The notes beneath the pieces were generated by a model. The model had not been told where the DNA came from. It was given only the letters and a program-made list of their open reading frames with translations, and did no database searches. DNA of 64,000 nucleotides from Eledone cirrhosa (lineage: Eukaryota). Position numbers and translations under genes: made by a program. The DNA is taken from the NCBI GenBank assembly GCA_964016885.1, contig OZ024746.1, positions 32,426,001 to 32,490,000 of the forward strand, read 5' to 3'. Positions 12,895 to 24,341 of this stretch are shown in pieces (within the stretch, counting starts at the first letter, position 1; each line of letters begins with the position of its first letter).

Positions 12895-13340
12895 TCAGCT
12901 TTGTGGTTAGTGTGTTGATCTCATAATCATGAGGTTGTGGGTTCAATCTCTTGAGTGGGAAATGCATTGTATCCTTTGGAAAAACACTTCATTTCATGTT
13001 ACACCTGTTCACGACTGAAATGAAATAAAAACCAGCAGCAGCTGGGAATTATCCTTGTGAATGACTGGTGTCCCATCCAGGAGGAAGTATTGTACTTTGT
13101 TTCTTTGTACAACATGAAACATAGGTAATTTCCAGGCTGATGAGCCCCTAGGCTCAAGACAAATTTTATCTCTATGACTGTGGTTTCCAGGCTCAAGTCA
13201 GACTTTATTTCTGTGCCTCTGGTGACCAGATTCAAGGCAGACTTTTTTATTATTTGTGTCTCTGGTTTCCAGATTCAAGTCAGATTTTATGTCTGACTTG
13301 AGTTTGGTTTCAAGGCACAAGGCTGATTTTATCTCTGTGA
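12895..13340 (+). mobile_element. tRNA-derived SINE (family S2) with tandemly repeated tail
   Basis: tRNA-like head (GTGGTTAG..GGTTCAATC) and GACTGGTGTCCCATCCAGG core. Homologs at 17250-17385 and 59465-59750. The ~37-bp tail is repeated at 13150-13340. Confidence 0.7.
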
Positions 13341-14399
13341 CCGTGATAAAGAAAGCTTGTGATTATGGTTTTATCAGTTGACGTTTGCACCCTTCATTTG
13401 TTCCAACACAAACATTACCAGGCTGGGAGAGAGGACATGTTAAAACTGGTTTTTAAAATGCTATCATGGTTGGAAGATTTAACAACAGAAATATTTAACT
13501 CTTTATATTTCTTTTGTCATTCTTTATATTTTTTCTAACACTCTCTCTCTTTCCCCATCTCCCTCACTCTCTCTCTATTTCTCCCTCTCTCTCACTCCCT
13601 CTCTTTTTCTCTCATTCTCGCTCTATCTTGTTTTTGATTTTTATATTAGATATCTTTCTCAGTCTGTCATGGCTTACCAGCTTTACATGGACAATTAAAT
13701 TGAGTAAATAAATACCACCACCACCACCACCACCACCACCACCACCGCCGCCACCCTCATCATTATCATCATCACCAGCATCTCATCAATATAATTATCA
13801 TCCCCACCATCAGCAGGTTTGAACACAGCTGATTTCTTCTAGAGAGTACTCTTTTTATTGAAGTGAACTTCAGCAGGATTTGAACTCAGAGAGCAGAGAC
13901 AGCTAGAACAAATACTGCAATTCATGCTATCCCACATTCTACACATAATTCAAATACAATAAAAAAAAAATATTCCAGATAAACAGGAAAGGTTGACTAG
14001 TTAAGAGGAATGTGAAAACTATTGCTGCCACACCTAGCTAGTTATATCTTGCTTTATACACACATTATAACTTATCTTTTATCACAGCCATTTCACTTAT
14101 CTTACTATTTCAGAACTTAGAGCAGGTATGACTGTGTGGTTAAAATGTTTACTACACAACCACATGGTTTCAAGGTCAGTCTCACTGTAGGAAAGTGTCT
14201 TCTACTATAGCCTCAGGTTGACCAATGCCTTGTGAGAGAAATTTGATAGATGGAAACTGTATGGGAAAAGAGATATAGAAGAAGAAGGTACTTTTTTATC
14301 AACGTTGAAAGGATGAAAGAAAAAAACTTATCTTTGCTGGATTTTAACTCAGAAAGCAGAGAGCTAGGAAATATACCAGAAAGCATTCTATCTGATGTT

Positions 14400-15445
14400 A
14401 ATAATAATAATAATAATAATAATGAAATTATTGTGTAGAGTGCTCAGGTGCACTACAACTCATCAAAGGTGCATGTATAGTACATAGAATAATGTACAAA
14501 TGTCAGGAAAATGAACAATGTACGAGTCATAAAATACATGTGTTTGTGTGTATGAAGGGGGGGGGGGGGTATCAGGTATAGTGTTGGCGAATCTCTGGAA
14601 GCATGGAGGGTTTAAAGGATGCAGTGTCTCGATAGCTAACAACTGATGCAGGTAGTTTGTTCCATGTTCAGCAACTCTGAGCACGAAAAAAGGTTTCCGA
14701 AAGTCATGGGAGCTGTGCTGTTTTCTGACTTTGTTGGCATGGCCACGTGTGTTAGACACATGGAAATCAAAAAGGTGCTCATGGTTGTTGTTGGCAAGAT
14801 GGTTAATAATTTTGTGGGTGTTTACCAAGTCAGTTGCCAGATGTCGGAGCTTCAATGTATCCATGCCCAGGGAAGCAAGACGTTCAGAGTATGGTAGATG
14901 CCTGATGGAGGGTATTTGCTCGGTTGCACGTCTCTGAACAGTTTCCAGGCGGTCAATGTTTTGAGCAACATAGGGGTTCCAGACTGGTGTTGCAAATTCT
15001 AAGTGTAGCCATACCACAGCTATATGCGGCTTTAAATAGATAGCTGGAGAGTGGCAGACAAAGGTCTTGCTGAGTGATGCTAAGACACCCTCGGCCTTCT
15101 TGACAATTTTAGAGACGTGCTTCATCCAATGCAAATCGCTGCTGACAGTAATGCCCAGGTCATGTTTACAAGAAGACTTCTTGATATTAGTGTTGTGGAG
15201 GGAGTATGTGGACGCTGGGTTTTTACTCCCAAAATGCATGATGGTACACTTGTCACAGCCAACTTGAGTTACCAGTCCGTGATCCATTGTTACATTGTCT
15301 CCAGATCAGATTGCAGGAAAGATCTATAGTGTTCAGGACCTGTCCTTTTTATCTCAAGGTACAGCTTGATGTCATCTGCATATTTCAGTACTGTGGCATT
15401 CTTTAAGTTGGCATCTATGTCATTAATATATGCCACAAACAAAAG
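14400..15445 (-). mobile_element. 5'-truncated CR1-clade LINE with (ATT)n tail
   Basis: RT motif YADDIKLY at ~15360-15385; DLGITVSSDLHW, LETVQRRAT and NTRGH; frameshifted. Confidence 0.92.
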
Positions 15446-16979
15446 GTTCTAACAACTCTGCCAATTTGCTACCTTTCTTCCAGCATTAGCAAATGTAATA
15501 ACACATACAACTGTCAGTATACACCACACATCTAAAACACAAATGAAATAACAGAAATATACCCTTCACACCCTTTTTCCTATGACATAAATAATCTATT
15601 TAGCACACAACTTTCATATAACACCCACTCACAATAAGACCTCCCCAACCCTTATGGAACATCTATATATGGTATGGTATGGTCCCGTAACTTCTGATAG
15701 AGTTGTAGGGGCGCTGTATTGACATATGGCGTTTCCTGGGCATTTTAAAGCCTGGCAGAGCCCATCCCTCTCCAGGCCTGAGTACAGCAGATTTCTTCTA
15801 GAGAGAGAGGAAGAATTGACCCCAGTACTAGACTGGTGTTATTTTTTATCAACCTCAAAAAGACGAAAAGCAAAGTTGACCTCAGCAGGATTTGAAATCA
15901 GAGAGCAGAAAGCCAGAACCCAATGTTCTAATGACTCTGCCAATTCATCACCTACATCCATATATAGCCCTTTAAAAAATATATCTAGGTGCCACACATA
16001 TATCGAACTGCTATCCTCATATCTAGGTACCATACACATAGATGCTATCTACCTATACATCTAGGTACCAGACACAGATCTAAGTACCTTACCCCCCCAT
16101 CTATACACACCCTCCCTCCTTGCCATCAGTTACATAGACCCTAAAAGACACCAAAGACACTGCTCTCATATCCCTGACTATACAGTAAAAATAAATAAAT
16201 AAATCAATAAAAATGCAGTGGTTAATTATATCAAGTGGAGGAACCTCAATGCAGTCATTCGACTTGCTAGAAATAGAGGCCAAATCTGCTTCACATTTCC
16301 CCTCTGATCATATTAAAAATCAATGAATATACTGATTAAATTAATGCTGTATATAATAGGCCAGTAGGGAAGATGGGATGGTCATGACTTGCATGCCAGT
16401 AGAATGATGAAGAAAAAAAAAGTGAGACAGAGAAACAGAACCACAAAATTGTTTTATTTTGCTGGCAACATTCCTGCAGTTTTAGAGGAAATTATAGATA
16501 GTTAAGAAGTAATTATAAACGGAAGGTATGTAGTTGAAATAGTGGTCAATGACTACTCTCCATATTTCCCTACGGAACTACGACAAGCCAACAAGTTGGA
16601 TCAAACTGCTTCTTTTTTTATATTTTTTCAACCACTTAGGAGTGAGTTTACAGATGGAAGCGATCTTGAAATGTATAATTAAATATGAGAAAATTTTATT
16701 GGAAATAAATCAAAGGAAATAATGTTATTTAGTAGAGAAATAGCAGCAATTAGAAAAGATATCTTAGATTTTAGTGCTAATATATTTTTAGCTCACATTT
16801 TCTCAGTGTCTCTGTGAATGTATGTAAATCATCAATAACATCATTTAATGCTTGTTTTCCATGTTGGCATGGGTTGGACAGCTTATGATGGTTAGAGACT
16901 AGATGGGTCAGTGAGACCATATTTTGCAATATGTTCCATATTTGGCATGGTTTCTATGGTCTAATGTTTTTCTTAATGA

Positions 16980-17240
16980 CAACCACTTTACAGAATGTAC
17001 TGGGTTCATTTTACCATGGCATCAGCACTACCACTTTACAAAGTGTACCAACTGCATTTTATCGTGGCACCAACCCTACCACCTTACAGAGTGTATTGAC
17101 TGCATTTTATTGTGGCAGTAACACTACCACCTTGCAGAGTGTACTGGGTGTATTTTATGATGGTACCAGCGCTACCATTTTATAGAGTGTACTGACTGCC
17201 TTTTTTTCGTGGTACCAGTACACACCTTACAGAGTGTACT
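16980..17240 (-). repeat. Degenerate ~48-bp tandem units inside an RTE-tail element
   Basis: 5-6 units of CCACTTTACAGAGTGTACTGGGTG. Similar clusters at 39350-39570 and 43420-43890. Confidence 0.7.
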
Positions 17241-17429
17241 GTGGAGTGGTGATTTACTCTGTGATGAACTGGTGTCCTGTCCAGGAGGAACCTTGTATTC
17301 TCAGTGTTTTAATTGCCAATGAAACTGGGATTAGTTGCAGCCTGATGAGTCTCTGGGCTTAGGATAGACTTTAAATTTAACTTTTTATATGTAAGTGTGT
17401 GTGCCTGTCTGTTTATGTATATATGTATG

Positions 17430-17465
<36 letters not shown>

Positions 17466-17699
17466 GTTTAATGTCTATTTTCCTCGCTAGCATAGGTTTG
17501 AACCATACTCTACTACCCCAAGTACCGAATACTCTATTGAGTAATGGTCTAACCAGTTTCAAACTAATTCCATCCTGATTTACACACACACACACACACA
17601 AACATATATATACGAAAAGTAATCAGAAAACAAGCCAGCAAAATGATGCAGAACAATGAAAATATATATTAGTTGGACTCTTGATATAGTAGGGAAGAG

Positions 17700-17735
17700 T
17701 CTTAACGTTTCAGATGTTAGTCCTTCATCAGAAGA
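17700..17735 (-). ncRNA. Minimal type I hammerhead (family D)
   Basis: Minus strand TCTT-CTGATGA-AGG(ACTAACA)TCT-GAAA-CG-TT^AAGA; stem III is reduced to the palindrome ACGT. Host element ~17610-17800, homologs at 41483-41592 (+) and 53530-53670 (-). Confidence 0.65.
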
Positions 17736-17907
17736 TAGAATAAGAAATAAGAAGAAATAGAAAGATAGTTGAGTGAGAAGAGGAATAAATGGAAAAATAA
17801 TTTCTTTGAGAGAAAGCACGTGTGTGTTCAGTTAACCATTATATATACACTACACACACACACACAAACACATTATATATTTATATTCATATAGAACCAT
17901 ATAATGA

Positions 17908-17944
<37 letters not shown>

Positions 17945-18719
17945 TATAGATATATATATATATATATATATAAATATATGTGTGTGAGTGTGTGTGCGCG
18001 CACACACATACATATAATTATATCTAAACATTGTTGCTATTGTTGTTGTCCTCTCACAAACTGAAGATTAAAGGCCAAAACATACAAAGAAATGTCAACA
18101 TTAGAAATACAATATTAAGGTAGTGTTGGTGGTGGTGTTGGGGTTAATGAATAGGACAATAAAGACTAAATAGTAGTAACCACTACCTCCATCACCTCCA
18201 CCTTGTACTGGTGCATTGTGAAGTTACATGGTTTAGTGGTTAGAGTGTTTGGCTCACAATTCTCGGTGGAACATTGTGTCCTTGAGCAAGACACTTTATT
18301 TTATGTTGCTCCAGCAGTTCACTCAGTTGAAAAGAAAAAAAAAAAAAAAGAGTTGTAGCTATTATTCAATAAGGCCAGCCCTGTCACACACAGGGTCACA
18401 TTGAATCTCTCTGAGAACTCGGTTAAGACTTCATGTGTCTGTGGAATACTCAGTCACTTGCACATTAATTTCATTAGCAGGCTGTTCCATTGATCAAACT
18501 GGAACACTCATTGTCAGAAGTGATGAAGGTCCAACATGGGTAGGTGGGTGCTCTCCAGCATGGCAAGTACCCAGATTTCAAGGTCCTTTGTCATTTCCTT
18601 CATGAGGTTCAGCTTCTTGAAGTGTCTTCATCAGTTTGTCCTAAGTCTTCCTTGGTCTCCCTCTTCCTCGGGTTCAACCCACATCAAGCACTCTGCACTT
18701 GAGTGTGTGTAAAACCATG

Positions 18720-18980
18720 CTCACAACCATCACAACCATTACCACCACCTCCACCATCACCAACACCACCACCAAAACCACTACCACCACTACCACCACC
18801 ATCACCAAAACCACCACCACTACCACCACCACTACCATCACCACCACCACCACCACCACCACCACCACCACCACCACCACCACCACCACCACCATCACCG
18901 CCACCAACATTATCATCACCATCACCACCACCACCACCACCACCACCACCACCATCAAGACCATCATCATCATCAACATT
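18720..18980. repeat. (ACC)n trinucleotide repeat
   Basis: Direct reading. Similar tracts at 22418-22892, 23284-23545 and 45555-46072. Confidence 0.95.
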
Positions 18981-19276
18981 ATCTCTAAGATTTATCATTA
19001 TCCATAATACTTAAAAAACTTCTTACCACAAAATTGGCATGGTTTGTAGTTTACAAAAAAAAATAAAATCATTATTTTCCTATAATTAACCAGTGAGTGG
19101 GAGTCAGTTAACCCCCAAAACCCTGCAGAGATTCCGTGACTGGAGCCAAATCTAGCTATAATCCCTGTAAAGCTGATAACTGGCGCTGTAAAGCTGCAGT
19201 TGATTTTTAACAGAAGAAAAAGGAAGATGGAAAAGAACAATGTAATTCACATCATAATTTTCTTATTAATATATGA

Positions 19277-19332
<56 letters not shown>

Positions 19333-19390
19333 TCATCGTTTTTACATCCGTATTTTCATGGTTGCATGGGAATAAATATATATATATGTG

Positions 19391-19449
<59 letters not shown>

Positions 19450-19555
19450 TCCCCTCTTTCTCCTACTGGCAGGTTTAGCCACCATCTCCCCTACTAATTT
19501 GCAACCACAGAATTACTACTGATTTTTGACAATCACTTTGACCATATATGGAATT

Positions 19556-19649
19556 ACCCCTTGAGAAGATCGGCTATTTAAATACCAGGATTAATTTTCA
19601 TTTAGTCCAGAATTAGCCGTCGAAACGGCTTGAGCTCAGCTGTCGGGGT
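19556..19649 (+). ncRNA. Complete type I hammerhead, U3-A8 core variant (family B)
   Basis: ACCCC-TTGAGAA(19561-19567)-GAtCGGCTA...TAGCCGTC-GAAA(19622-19625)-CGGCT-TGAGCTC-AGCTG-TC^GGGGT. The element spans ~19449-19662 between TA tracts. Confidence 0.85.
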
Positions 19650-19659
19650 CTTACTGGTT

Positions 19660-19697
<38 letters not shown>

Positions 19698-20107
19698 TTG
19701 TGAGGTTTTTTTTATATGAAATCATGTGTTGAAACAAATATTGTTATACTTGGGGAGGGTCATATTGTTGTAATGATATTGCCAGAAATAATAACAGAAC
19801 ACACTCACTGTTTGGTTGGTTTTCGCTTCTATATTAACCACAGTTAATTCATTTGGTCCTCAATGTTTATCACTGACTGACCAACGGTCAAAAATACAGA
19901 TATAATATGGATATAAACACATATATATATAGTCTAACAAAGTTCTTTCAATGCACATCTGCAACATCATCAGTGCTACTATTGTGTTCCTCCTGTTGTA
20001 TTGTATGTCTACGCCATTATTATTTATCTGTTTATTTATTTATTTATTTTTGTCTTCTCTGCGCATGTATTTATTTATTTTTGTCTTCTCTCCCCAAGTA
20101 TAACAAT

Positions 20108-20194
<87 letters not shown>

Positions 20195-20200
20195 TTATAT

Positions 20201-20299
<99 letters not shown>

Positions 20300-20660
20300 A
20301 GATCATGAAAGTTGTTGAAAAAGGTTATAGCACAACCAATCAGGGACAGAATCAAGTTAGATGAGATGCAGTTTGGATTTATGCCAGGTAGGGGTACTAC
20401 CGATGCCCTCTTTCTCATGAGATAAATACAGGAGAAGTATTTAGCTAAGAGTAAGCCACTGTACCTATCATTTGTAGATTTAGAGAAAGCTTTTGATAGG
20501 GTCCCTCGCTCTATAATCTGGTGGACACTTAGGAAGCTAGGAGTAGGCAAATATCTTGTGAGGGCCATGCAAGCTATGTATAGAATGAGATTTGAAACGA
20601 GTGCAGTGATGAATTTGAAGTGCAGGTGGGAGTCCACCAGGAATCAGTCCTGAGTCCACT
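20300..20660 (+). mobile_element. RTE LINE reverse transcriptase fragment
   Basis: MQFGFMPGRGTTDALF...FVDLEKAFDRVPR, with an in-frame stop. Confidence 0.9.
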
Positions 20661-20744
20661 TCATGTCTCTCTTCTAGATCTGTGGCTATCCTAACTTGTG
20701 CCAAAAATAGAAACAATTATTATGGTTATGCTAAAACACCTGGG

Positions 20745-21145
20745 TAAGATGATTGCTGACCTTTTTCTTATCGAAGATGTTGCTTCAGTGTTGTTATCCT
20801 GGTTTCACATGATGCTTATATGGATTTTAGGCCCCAGCGACCCTCCTTGCATAAGATATATAGCCTATCCACTTCACAACTGATGTTAAAGTTTCCAATA
20901 ACACAGAGCAGCTTGCAAGCCCTTATGTCCATCTTGATCAGTTCTGGCAATGATCAGTTCAGCAGGCCAAATGTTGGCATTAGGATGGACACACCAAAAG
21001 TATTATGGGCAATGTACTTGTATGCTGGGAGTTCTGATGACTATATTCTCTTTACTCTCCTGAGCTATTCATTCCTGGTCCTCTCCTTATTTATGGGCCC
21101 ATCATATCTGACATTCTCATCCTCTTCAAGATACTTTTAATTGTC
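20745..21145 (-). mobile_element. Degenerate R4/Dong-like LINE RT fragment
   Basis: Minus translation KYLEEDEN..LRRVKRI*SSEL..VDRLYILCKEGRWGLKSI resembles the YKYLG...DRLYLPRKEGGRGL region. Confidence 0.7.
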
Positions 21146-21200
21146 ACTTGGCGGTAGAGGTTGTATTTATTTCATTCCAATGCCTGAAGAAAATTGGGTA

Positions 21201-21231
<31 letters not shown>

Positions 21232-21274
21232 TGTATGTATGTATGTATGTATGTATGTATGTATGTATGTATGT

Positions 21275-21654
21275 AGGCAGAATTCTAGGAGAAGGAAAAC
21301 TCTGATATAACACCTGCAACCCTGATGGTATCCAATGATGTTGACTTGTTCTTCTTTTTGGTAAATATCATCTTGGTTAAGAGAGTGGGACTGGCTTTGT
21401 GCAGTGCCTTTGCTCACTATAAAAGCTTCACGGCACAGGCATTGCTTTGTATCTGGAGATCTCTCTGCACTTGTCGTCACATGGTACCATGGGCCCAGCA
21501 CTATGTGTCAATAGTTGTCACAAGTGTAGTGTTTGTACCAGAGTTTTCAAGTCGGTGGCTGGACTAAAAAGTCACACTTGTTCAGCGCATCGGTAGGGGT
21601 TCTCCTACATGGATATAAAGTAGTGGCCGTACTCGAAAACGAGTTGGCAGCCAC
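21275..21654 (+). mobile_element. 5'-truncated copy of the 7648 retroposon inside (TATG)n
   Basis: Near-identical to 7876-8254, with pure (TATG)n on both sides. Confidence 0.85.
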
Positions 21655-22826
21655 TATGTATGTATGTATGTATGTATGTATGTATGTATGTATGTATGTA
21701 TGTATGTATGTATGTATGTATGTATGTATGTACCAGCAGCGCCATCCCAAACATATGAGAAGTATTGTAACGTGGTCTACGATGTCTATGTTTGTGTGTG
21801 TGTGCGTTACAGAAACATTCTCAGATATATGAGCAGTACTGTAATGTGGTCTAGAATGTTATGTGTAATAGCAGCACTGTCTCAGATATGTAGTCTAGAA
21901 TGTTATGTGTATGTGTAATAGCAGCACTGTCCCAGGTATGTGAGCAGTATTGTAATGTGGTCTAGGACAGCGGTCCCCAACCATTGGGCCACAGACTGGT
22001 ACCAGGCTGTAGACCATTTGAGCATGACATGATCCCCTGATCTAGCATTGCCTACAACAGGACAACTCGTCTAACCAATGCTAGCATGGAAAAATGGACG
22101 TAAAACAGTGATTATGATGATGATGATGATGATGATATATATATAGATAGAGAGATAGAGATAGAGAGATATGTTTCTGCTAATATATTTAGTATATAAA
22201 GCATTAAATATGTTAACTAGAAATAATTATTGGGTGAGGAAAAGACAATTTACATCAATGTCTGTATGCCTGTCTGCCAGTCTACCACACCACAAAATGC
22301 CCCAGTCCCACCCACCTCACATTAACTATGTTAAAACTAAGGAAACACTTAATATTTAAAATGTATAATTACAGGATGTTTAGAATAAATGGTTACACTT
22401 GATATTGTTTACATCCAGTGGTGTTGTTGGTAGTTGTGTTGGTGGTGTTGGTGGTGGTGTTGATGGTGTTGGTGGTGGTGTTGGTGGTGTTGGTCTTGGT
22501 AGTTGTGTTGGTAGTGTTGGTAGTTGTGTTGGTGGTGTTGGTGGTGGTGTTGATGGTGTTGGTGGTGGTGTTGATGGTGTTGGTGGTGGTGTTGGTGGTG
22601 TTGGTGTTGGTAGTTGTGTTGGTGGTGTTGGTGGTGGTGTTGATGGTGTTGGTGGTGGTGTTGGTGGTGTTGTTGTTGGTGGTAGTTGTGATGGTGGTGT
22701 TGGTGGTGGTAGTAGTAGTAACGGTAGTAGTAGCGGTAGTAGTAGCAGCAGTAGTAGTAGTAGTAGTAGTAATAGCAGCAGCAGCAGCAGCAGCAGCAGT
22801 AGTTAGCAGCAGGAACAGCAGCAGCC

Positions 22827-22860
<34 letters not shown>

Positions 22861-23785
22861 CAGCAGTAGCAGCAGTAGTAGTAGTAGTAGTAGTTTCCAA
22901 TATGGAAGAAGACTGTCACACATTCGTGACAACAACTCAAGAAATTATTTCTTTTCTAAATATATATACATCTAAAAATATACATTTCTAAATATATACA
23001 CCTTTTAAATATATAGACTCGTTGTCCTCTGCGTGTAGCATCTACAACTATAACACTCTAGAAGTTTATGTTATTAAACCATATGTTGACTAAATCTATT
23101 TACTTTCTTCTCCTCTCTACTCTATCCCAGGAATTACCCATATATATATATATGGGGTATGCTCCATTTACATTGTTGTATACGATATAGTTTATGATAT
23201 AGTTTGCCTTTACTTCAGTACATACTCTGATTCTGTCCCCTTGGTTATAACAGAAGAACTGCAGCTGCATGGGGTGGGTGAATCACCACCACTATCACCA
23301 TCACCACCATCATCACCACCACTACCACCATCACCATCACCACCATCGCCACCATCATTACCACTACCATCACCATCATTACCACTACCATCACTACCAC
23401 CATCACCATCACCATCGCCATCACTACCACCACCACCACCACCACCACCACCACATCGCCACAACCATCATTGCCATCACCACCACCACCATCACCACAA
23501 TCACTACCACCATCACCACAACAATCATGATGATCATCATCATCCAATACAAAAGTATTATAAGCCACTAACCTTCTAAATTAGTTCAAGTCATTAAATC
23601 TTCTTGCTATTATAATTGACTGATTACGATGATGACATGGAAGTATTTAAATAATATCTTCTGCCTTCCTAAATACACATTACCCCATATGTCTACTATT
23701 GTCACACTATGTTTGATGTCACCATTTCCCAAATACAGGTCACCTTATGTCTTCTATTGTCATACACAATAACAGTGTCATAATA

Positions 23786-24229
23786 AATTGTTACAAGGGA
23801 AAAAGTGATGTTCTAGAAACAAGCTGCTATGGAGGCATAGAAGTGAAAAGTTAAGGAAGGGGAACTACCCTCTTGGCTAAGAACTTCTCTTGTAGTTGTC
23901 TCACAAAGAAGAGGGCATCTGTGATGCTCTTTCAGGCACAAAACCTCTCAGCTAAGAACTTCTCTTGTAGTTGTCTCACTAAGAAGTAGGCATCTGTGGT
24001 GCTCTTTCCAGGCACAAACCTACTCAGATAGGAACTTGAACTTCTCTTGTAGTTGTCTCACTAAGAAGAGGACATATGTGGTGTTCTTACCCGACACAAA
24101 ACCAAACTACATCTCATCTAATTTGACTTTTTTCCTAAAACTCATTATCACTTTCATAACTTGATCCACCAGTGTTATGCCTCTATAGTTGTTTGTTTCC
24201 AGAGCATCACCTTTTCCTTTGTAACAATT
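23786..24229. mobile_element. MITE-like element with ~54-bp imperfect TIRs and three internal ~72-bp repeats
   Basis: 23786-23839 versus 24176-24229 are inverted. A partial second copy lies at ~60955-61278. Confidence 0.75.
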
Positions 24230-24341
24230 AATGGTTATACCACTGTGCCAGTTATTGGGTATGATGACACTGTCATTTGAAAAGTAAGACTAGTCAGACA
24301 AGAACTTAAGATTTTCTACCAAACTCTGCATCTATGATTCA

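Noticed and set aside
13137-13160. CTGATGAG as a hammerhead (also 17342, 59714)
   Set aside because: Part of the S2 SINE tail; no GAAA, stem III or stem I.
19930-19976. Minus-strand CTGATGA...GAAA
   Set aside because: Stem II is offset and stems I and III do not pair; at best a dead remnant.
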